DNA from: Nitrospirota bacterium
Lineage (GTDB): Bacteria > Nitrospirota > UBA9217
NCBI GenBank assembly: GCA_963737155.1
Contig: CAVTRN010000001.1
Coordinates: 896,001-960,000, forward strand
Direction: 5' to 3'
Length of the DNA: 64,000 bases
Position numbers and translations under genes: made by a program. Position 1 is the first letter of the stretch. Every line of letters starts with the position of its first letter. The notes beneath the pieces were generated by a model. It saw nothing but the letters and a program-made list of their open reading frames with translations. It was not told where the DNA came from and did no database searches. Shown here in pieces: positions 57,253 to 64,000 of this stretch.

Positions 57253-58932
57253 ATGGCTGAACCAAACAAAATCATCTACTCCATGGTGGGGGTGGGCAAG
57301 TTTTACGACAAAAAGCCGGTGTTGAAGGACATCTATTTGTCCTACTTCTACGGCGCCAAGATCGGCGTGCTCGGTTTGAACGGATCGGGCAAAAGCTCAT
57401 TGCTCAAGATCATGTCGGGAGTGGACAAGGAGTTTGTGGGAGAGGCCGTGCTCTTGCCGGGCTACACCGTGGGCCTGCTCGAACAGGAGCCGAAACTCGA
57501 TCCCGATAAAACCGTTCGACAGATCGTGGAGGAGGGCGTCCAAGGGACGGTTGATCTCCTGAACGAGTACAACAAAATCAATGAAAGCTTCGCGAATCCC
57601 ATGACCGACGACGAGATGAATAAACTCATCGCGCGTCAGGGAGAGGTGCAGGAGAAGCTCGATCATCTGAACGCCTGGGAGTTGGACAGCCGGCTCGAAA
57701 TGGCCATGGACGCCCTGCGCTGTGCTGCCGGCGACACGAACGTGAAAGTTCTCTCTGGCGGCGAGAAGCGACGTGTGGCGCTCTGCCGGTTGCTTCTTCA
57801 AAAGCCCGATATCCTTCTTCTTGATGAACCCACGAACCATCTTGACGCGGAGTCCGTTGCCTGGCTCGAACATTATCTCCAGCAATACGAAGGCACGGTT
57901 ATCGCGGTCACGCATGACCGCTATTTCCTCGACAATGTCGCGGGCTGGATCCTTGAACTCGACCGAGGCCAGGGCATTCCGTGGAAAGGGAACTACTCCT
58001 CATGGCTCGAGCAGAAGCAGGAGCGCCTGAAACAGGAAGAGAAGACTGAAAGCGACCGGCAAAAGACGCTCCAGCGGGAGCTCGAATGGATCAGGATGTC
58101 TCCCAAGGGGCGGCACGCGAAATCGAAAGCGCGTATCAGTTCCTATGAGCAGCTTTTGAGCCAGCAGGGAGAGAAGCGTGCGAAAGAGCTCGAGATTTAC
58201 ATTCCACCCGGACCGAGGCTCGGCAAGGTCGTCATAGAAGCTGAAAATGTTGCCAAAGCCTATGGCGACAACATCCTTGTGGAAAATATGTCATTCATGC
58301 TTCCGCCGGGCGGTATTGTCGGAGTCATCGGACCGAATGGTGCCGGTAAAACCACACTATTCCGCATGATCACCGGCCAGGACAGACCGGACAAAGGTAC
58401 GATCAAAATCGGTGAGACCGTCAAGCTCGCGTATGTGGATCAAAGCCGCGACGTGCTGGACCCAAACAAGACGATCTGGCAAGTGATTTCAGAGGGCCAG
58501 GAGCAGGTGCAGCTCGGCAAGCACCTGATGAACTCCCGAGCCTACGTGTCGCGATTTAACTTCGGCGGTACGGATCAGCAGAAGAAGGTAGGCGTGCTGT
58601 CCGGTGGAGAACGGAATCGAGTACATCTTGCGCGCATCCTGAAAGAGGAAGCGAATGTGCTGCTACTTGATGAACCGACGAATGATCTTGATGTGAACAC
58701 CATGCGGGCGCTCGAAGAGGGGCTTGAAAACTTCGCGGGCTGCGCCGTGGTGATCAGTCATGACCGCTGGTTCCTTGACAGGATCGCAACGCACATACTG
58801 GCGTTCGAAGGTGAAAGTAAAATCGTTTTCTTTGACGGGAACTACTCGGAATACGAAGAAGACCGCAAGAAGCGCCTTGGTGCGGATGCGGACCAGCCGC
58901 ACCGGATCAAATACCGGCATTTAACAAGGTAA
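57253..58932 (+). CDS. ettA: Energy-dependent translational throttle A (ABC-F)
   Basis: '[18 protein letters not shown]', '[14 protein letters not shown]', 'RELEWIR', C-terminal 'PHRIKYR'. Confidence 0.96.
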   Translation: MAEPNKIIYSMVGVGKFYDKKPVLKDIYLSYFYGAKIGVLGLNGSGKSSLLKIMSGVDKEFVGEAVLLPGYTVGLLEQEPKLDPDKTVRQIVEEGVQGTVDLLNEYNKINESFANPMTDDEMNKLIARQGEVQEKLDHLNAWELDSRLEMAMDALRCAAGDTNVKVLSGGEKRRVALCRLLLQKPDILLLDEPTNHLDAESVAWLEHYLQQYEGTVIAVTHDRYFLDNVAGWILELDRGQGIPWKGNYSSWLEQKQERLKQEEKTESDRQKTLQRELEWIRMSPKGRHAKSKARISSYEQLLSQQGEKRAKELEIYIPPGPRLGKVVIEAENVAKAYGDNILVENMSFMLPPGGIVGVIGPNGAGKTTLFRMITGQDRPDKGTIKIGETVKLAYVDQSRDVLDPNKTIWQVISEGQEQVQLGKHLMNSRAYVSRFNFGGTDQQKKVGVLSGGERNRVHLARILKEEANVLLLDEPTNDLDVNTMRALEEGLENFAGCAVVISHDRWFLDRIATHILAFEGESKIVFFDGNYSEYEEDRKKRLGADADQPHRIKYRHLTR

Positions 58933-59126
58933 AATGGTACAACGTAACCATACATAGGCAGAACAGAAGGACGCGGAGAGGAGCAGCAGTCCACTGGAGT
59001 AAGCATCATCCTTAATACCCGATTTAAATTTCTCTTGTGAATTTCCTGTACCCGAATTTTTTCCGATGTGCGTTGTGCCTCGTAGTGTTGATCTGTGTTA
59101 ATCCGAGGTTTGAAAAGGGGGAGTTT

Positions 59127-59444
59127 ATGTCAGAATTTAAAGACGTAACGGTTGTTCGTGAGGCGAACATCTATTTCGACGGCAAGGTGACCAGCAGGTC
59201 CGTGCTGTTTCAAGACGGATCCAAGAAGACGCTCGGCGTGATGCTTCCAGGCGAGTTCGAGTTCAGCACCGCAGACAAGGAGCTCATGGAGATCCTGTCC
59301 GGTGAACTCGATGTGCTCCTGCCGGGAGAGACATCCTGGAAGGCTGTCAAGAGCGGACAGTCCTTTGAGGTGAAGCCGAATGCGAAATTCAAGCTCAAAG
59401 TGAAGAGTCTGACCGACTATTGCTGTTCGTTTATCAAAGGTTAA
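59127..59444 (+). CDS. ppnP: Pyrimidine/purine nucleoside phosphorylase (DUF1255)
   Basis: 'ANIYFDGKVTSR', 'KTLGVMLPGE', 'ELMEI', 'DYCCSF'. Confidence 0.92.
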   Translation: MSEFKDVTVVREANIYFDGKVTSRSVLFQDGSKKTLGVMLPGEFEFSTADKELMEILSGELDVLLPGETSWKAVKSGQSFEVKPNAKFKLKVKSLTDYCCSFIKG

Positions 59445-59536
59445 AAAACAGCTATGTTGATGTTTTAAGTGCTGAACCGTTGAATGGATTGCTGTGGATG
59501 TGAACTCTGAACTATTTATTTCGGGAAGGAGCAAAT

Positions 59537-60064
59537 ATGAAAACGATAGCAAATATCGTAATCGTACTGGCCATGACGATCGGGGCATTCGGGTGTCAGC
59601 AGAAGAAGGAAGAGCAACGCCCGGTAACCTATACTCCCCCGCTTCCGTCGCAGACCGAGATCCGTCAGCTTGAGCAGGCGGTAAAAATGTCGCCCAAGAA
59701 CAAAGAGGAGTGGATTCGCCTCGGCAATGCGTTAATGGATTCCCAGCAGTTTAATGAGGCCATTGATGCCTATGAGAAAGCGCTGGCCCTAGACCCACAG
59801 AATGTACCCGTGCGGGTTGACATGGGGACCTGCTATCGTGGGATTGGAAAGCCCGACAAGGCGGTCGAAGAGTACCGAAAGGCGCTTAAAATCAATCCCA
59901 ACTTCCCGAACGGGCACCGCAATCTCGGCGTAGTTCTGGCCAATGACCTGCACAACAACAAGCAGGCAATTCCGGAGTTTCAGAAGTATCTTGAACTCGC
60001 ACCGAACGCAGCTGATGCCGAGGAAATTAGAAAAACGATCCAGACGCTGTCCATCGAGAAATAA
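59537..60064 (+). CDS. TPR-repeat lipoprotein
   Basis: Lipobox 'AFGC'; TPR repeats 'LGNALMD..AIDAYEKAL', 'MGTCY..AVEEYRKAL'. Confidence 0.88.
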   Translation: MKTIANIVIVLAMTIGAFGCQQKKEEQRPVTYTPPLPSQTEIRQLEQAVKMSPKNKEEWIRLGNALMDSQQFNEAIDAYEKALALDPQNVPVRVDMGTCYRGIGKPDKAVEEYRKALKINPNFPNGHRNLGVVLANDLHNNKQAIPEFQKYLELAPNAADAEEIRKTIQTLSIEK

Positions 60065-60637
60065 TCAATCAATAGGCTTGCTTATTACAAACAACGTAAA
60101 AAGCCCCTGGCGGGCAAATTATGGCTTTGTTTTCTTTCTTATGTGCATGTTCTTTGCACTCTATATGTGATTTAGCCGTTTTCGTATTTATTAATCTGTT
60201 CGAATTGCCTGCGTTCATTCGTAGTACTGCTTTCTCAATGTTCATTACTGTTTCAAAATTCACAATTTTGCTCGCCATTTCACGTACCACCAGCCAATGC
60301 ATTAAGCGTGGCCAATATCTTTTTTCAATTCATTGACGTTGGGTGGATTTTTTTAGAGTCCCTGTCAAAGAGCGGATGAAGACGCGACACACCCGATACG
60401 TCAGCGATGTAATCCTTCCGACGCCCTTCCGTCATTCGAATCCTAAATATTCCTTCCGCAGAGGCAAGAAGGTCTTGCCTGACAGAGTAGCAGGTGAGCC
60501 TTTCGGCGCAGCGAGCCTTATCAGCATGGGCGCTGAATCGATGTGGCCTCCTGCTTCGCTGGTGTATCTTGATCTCCCTCGTAGGACTTCCTGCCTAAAG
60601 CCCCTCATGGTGTAAGGTTTCTGCATGACAAATTAAT

Positions 60638-62503
60638 CTAACTGATTTGAGCCAGCTCGCTCAACTGCTGGTCGAACTCCTGTGTCCTTGCGTCGTGCTC
60701 CTCAGTTACCGTCTCAAGCTCGGCAAAGAGCTTCTCGATATTTACTTTTGCATTATTGACCGAATTCGAAAGCTGCTTGATGGTGAGGGCCTTGCCTTTA
60801 ACGGAGGCTTCAAGCAGTTCCTGTGTATCGCGCTCTACTGCCTGTTCCAGCTTCGTGATCTCTTCTTCAATGGCCGCGATCCTGCTCTTAAGCGAACTCA
60901 GAACCCTTGATTTGTCCGCCACGATTGCAGTACGTTGCTTTTTCGTATCCTTCCGGTTCACATGTTTGTCAATCTGCCTCTTCTTTCCCTTTTTTACATG
61001 CGCTCCACCTTCGTCGCTCCATCCTACTCGCTCAAGAAAATCGAGATAGGTACCTTCGAAAATCGAGACGGAATCGTTGTCATAGACGATCAGCTTGGTC
61101 GCTATGGCCTCGAGAATCAACTCGCTGTGTGTCACGATGATGACGGCGCCGTCGAAGGCCTCGATCGCCTCGATCAGAGAATCAATGGATTCCATATCAA
61201 GATGGTTTGTGGGCTCGTCGAGCATGAGCATATTGGCCGGCGAGACCAGGAGTTTGCCGAGCAGCACGCGGCTTTTTTCTCCGCCGGAGAGAACGCTCAC
61301 TTTTTTGAGCGCATTGTCGCCGTCGAACATCATGAGGCCGCAGATCGAGCGGGATTCTCCCTGAGCGTTGTCAGGGTGCGCATCCATGATCTCCTGCAGA
61401 GCAGTCTTTTCCGGCCGCAGGCGGTTAATATTGGTCTGGCCGAAGTAGGCGGTCTTTGTGTTCGGGTGGAGCTTGATGCTGCCGTTGGTGGGAGCCATTT
61501 CCCGGGCTAACAGGTTCAGGAGCGTTGTTTTGCCCTTGCCATTCTTGCCGATTACGCCGATGCGGTCCTTTTTGCCTACCGCGAATGAGATCCCGTCGAT
61601 CAGCTTTGGGCTGTCCCGGGAGAAGCCGAAGGATAGATCGTCCACAGTCATGAGCCACTTGGCCTCGAACGGCGCCGACCGGAACTTGAAGTCGAGCGAC
61701 CTGAGCTCCTCAAGCTTGTCGAGTTTCTCGTGTCTTGCGAGCGCTTTGACGCGCGACTGGACCGCGCTGGCTTTGGTAGCCTGAGCCCGGAACCGGTTGA
61801 TGAACTGCTCGACTTCCTTGCGCTTCTTTTCATCGTTCTGTCGCGTCTTCTCGTAGATTTCCTCCTCCAGAAGGATTTGATCGTAGAGCTTCTGGGTCCC
61901 ACCCGCTATTTTCCTCATTTTGCAGCGGTGAATGATCATGGTGTGGGTCGTCACGCTGTCCATAAAGTCACGGTCATGGGTGATGATGATCATCTCGTTT
62001 CTCCAGGCGCGCAGGAACTGCGTGAGCCAGCGGACAGAGACGATGTCGAGATAATTCGTGGGTTCGTCGAGAAGAAGCAGGTTGGGTTCGGAAACAAGCA
62101 CCTTGGCAAGGTTCAGACGCACTTGGTACCCGCCAGAGAGCGCTGACGGATGGTGGTCGAAATCATTATTTGTGAATCCGAGGCCATGAAGGATGGCCTC
62201 GGCCTTATAAGTTTCGTCAATGTGGTCTTCATTTTTCGGAAGGGCAAGGCATGCTTCCTGAAGAACCGTATTTTCAGCGAAGTGGATGTGCTGGGAGAGG
62301 TGGCCGATGGTGTAACCGGAGGGCGTTGTGATCGTTCCGGCGTCTTGGTGTTCCTCGCCTAGGATCATGCGAAAGAGCGTGGATTTGCCGTGGCCATTCC
62401 GCCCTACCAGCCCCACGCGCTCACGAGGATTGACGGTAAAGCCGACGCCGTCGAACAGCACCTGCTTCCCGTAGGATTTTTCAATGTTGGTGACCTGGAG
62501 CAT
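60638..62503 (-). CDS. ABC-F family ATPase (YheS/Uup-like)
   Basis: Two ABC domains (GRNGHGKST, LSGG, DEPTN; [22 protein letters not shown]) and a C-terminal coiled coil. Confidence 0.93.
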   Translation of the reverse strand: MLQVTNIEKSYGKQVLFDGVGFTVNPRERVGLVGRNGHGKSTLFRMILGEEHQDAGTITTPSGYTIGHLSQHIHFAENTVLQEACLALPKNEDHIDETYKAEAILHGLGFTNNDFDHHPSALSGGYQVRLNLAKVLVSEPNLLLLDEPTNYLDIVSVRWLTQFLRAWRNEMIIITHDRDFMDSVTTHTMIIHRCKMRKIAGGTQKLYDQILLEEEIYEKTRQNDEKKRKEVEQFINRFRAQATKASAVQSRVKALARHEKLDKLEELRSLDFKFRSAPFEAKWLMTVDDLSFGFSRDSPKLIDGISFAVGKKDRIGVIGKNGKGKTTLLNLLAREMAPTNGSIKLHPNTKTAYFGQTNINRLRPEKTALQEIMDAHPDNAQGESRSICGLMMFDGDNALKKVSVLSGGEKSRVLLGKLLVSPANMLMLDEPTNHLDMESIDSLIEAIEAFDGAVIIVTHSELILEAIATKLIVYDNDSVSIFEGTYLDFLERVGWSDEGGAHVKKGKKRQIDKHVNRKDTKKQRTAIVADKSRVLSSLKSRIAAIEEEITKLEQAVERDTQELLEASVKGKALTIKQLSNSVNNAKVNIEKLFAELETVTEEHDARTQEFDQQLSELAQIS

Positions 62504-62905
62504 TCGTTTCCCTTCAATAATCGGATATGCTGCATAAATACAGTCTTTTATAATAACGCAGGAGAACTTATATGGCAAATGATTTTTTGATGATTTTTTG
62601 AGGCAAAGGAAGGGATCAGCCTGTGTAGGTCCGGCCGTTTCGCGGTTTTGCGTAGCATCTTTCCGAGGAATACATTGATTGGGTTAGACCGGATCAAAAA
62701 GAGCAGGAGGGGTAATTTTCTGATGCCCCTCTTCATGTAGTCCCGATTGAAGCTCCACGCTTCGTTTGTCCGATTGCAATCCTTATTTGCAGGTGTCGAA
62801 GACGAATTTCATCATTCGCGATGCGAGAAATGACCTGCCGAAATTGAGATATAAGATCGACTTGGAACTTTCCTCGGCATCAACCTTATCACGCAGTATT
62901 TTCCT

Positions 62906-63277
62906 CTAGAAAAAGGACGGCATTATCTCCTCATCTTCCTTGCGCCATGCCGGATCGACAATGCAAATGAATTTGAGGTCGCTTTCCCCGGTATTAGTGA
63001 TACTCTGTTTCGCCCAAGGAGGAATGTACACGGTTGACCCGGGCTTCACCGATGCGTCTTCGTCGTTGATATGCATGATGCCTTCACCTTCTATAATGTA
63101 ATAAATTTCAGAAGTCCTGAGCCGGTGTGCCCAGGTCGTATTGCCCGGTTTCACAACTGCGTGTGCCAGGCTGTAGCGAAGAGCTAGGTTCTCCTTGTCC
63201 GGGTGCAGTATCTCACGAAGCAGACAGTTGTCTCCGGCAACGAATTCCTCGCAATCATGTAATTCACGGATGAACAT
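62906..63277 (-). CDS. Cupin domain protein
   Basis: 'YSLAHAVVKPG..AHRL..EIYYIIEGEG..VYIPP..ITNTG'; SD AGGAG. Confidence 0.88.
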   Translation of the reverse strand: MFIRELHDCEEFVAGDNCLLREILHPDKENLALRYSLAHAVVKPGNTTWAHRLRTSEIYYIIEGEGIMHINDEDASVKPGSTVYIPPWAKQSITNTGESDLKFICIVDPAWRKEDEEIMPSFF

Positions 63278-63364
63278 CAGAAATACTCCTCTAACAAAAA
63301 AAACAGAAGCCCCGCGCTTAACATACGGGGCACAAGGTACGTAGAACAAAGTTCATCCCGTCTT

Positions 63365-63793
63365 TTATTTGCAGTTGCCGATCCTTTTTCCGCTCATGTG
63401 ATAGACGATCTTAGATTTTTCACCCTTTTTATCGACTTTTTCCATCGTCATCATGCCGCTGAAGGATGTCTGTTTGTACTCCATTTCCCCGGAGACGATG
63501 CTGCTGTCTTTGCATTGCGTCGTCCAGGTAGTCTTGTTTCCCACCACCTTCACATCTTTATTTTCACAGTCGTCCTTTCGTTGCGAGGCGCTGGGGATTG
63601 TTTTTTGCGAATCTTTCAAATCTTCTTTAGTGTAGCAATGGGTGGTGACCATGGGCTGCATGGCAAAGGGCATATTTGCCATTTCCATCTTCATCGTGAT
63701 CTCCCAGTTGCCGTCCTGCATAGTGGCGGGAGCAGCAAAAAGAGGCGCTGCTGAAACCAGCAAAAGCGCGAAAAAAAGACTTATAATCTTCAT
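63365..63793 (-). CDS. Secreted DUF3617-family protein
   Basis: Signal peptide; 'GNWEITMKMEM'; four Cys; C-terminal 'GKRIGNC'. Confidence 0.8.
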   Translation of the reverse strand: MKIISLFFALLLVSAAPLFAAPATMQDGNWEITMKMEMANMPFAMQPMVTTHCYTKEDLKDSQKTIPSASQRKDDCENKDVKVVGNKTTWTTQCKDSSIVSGEMEYKQTSFSGMMTMEKVDKKGEKSKIVYHMSGKRIGNCK

Positions 63794-64000
63794 ACGTTGT
63801 TCCCCTTTCTTTTTTGAAGCAATGATAACGAAAGCCTATTCTCCTGTCAAGCTGTTTGCCGCAGGGTTGCGTATCAGACACACACCCGCATCCTGCAGTT
63901 CAGACAGGAACAGAAAACAAAAATATCCCCTCGCCCATAAATAATTCTGTTTATTTCATCTTAATTGCATGCCCGCGTCGGCTTGACGCCCACATCGGAG

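Noticed and set aside
1-64000. CRISPR arrays, tRNA/rRNA genes, transposases, integrases, prophage genes
   Set aside because: No regularly spaced repeats, cloverleafs or mobile-element ORFs were recognised by eye; short RNAs could have been missed.

Overview
Bacterial chromosome window from a likely anaerobe. Gene content and style suggest Nitrospirota or a Desulfobacterota-like lineage (inference, not tested). The centrepiece is a ~12.5 kb co-oriented cluster (10787-23234) behind a clear sigma54 -24/-12 promoter. It encodes two Zn-type MtaA/CmuA (UroD-fold) methyltransferases, an MtrH/CmuB-type methyltransferase, a corrinoid protein, an ATP-dependent corrinoid reactivase, an AhpD/CMD-family protein and a QueG-like Fe-S protein. 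These are followed by a translationally coupled block: DsrM/HdrE-like cytochrome b, Methanosarcina-like HdrD, cysteate synthase and fused sulfopyruvate decarboxylase ComDE. This is a methanogen-type coenzyme M (CoM) precursor pathway joined to methyl transfer and disulfide reduction in a bacterium, with no mcr or CoB genes in the window. The cluster is flanked by a CobW GTPase, a signal-less SsuA/THI5-fold protein and a PAS-GAF-PAS kinase/NtrC pair. The rest of the window holds mdtABC, speD-speE-speA with a highly structured leader, a second reactivase, an AcsE-like protein, a split ADP-forming acyl-CoA ligase, cspA, ettA, ppnP, several pseudogene relics and degenerate intergenic repeats. No rRNA, tRNA, CRISPR array or intact IS was recognised. 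All family calls come from motif recognition and recalled sequences; no database search was run.
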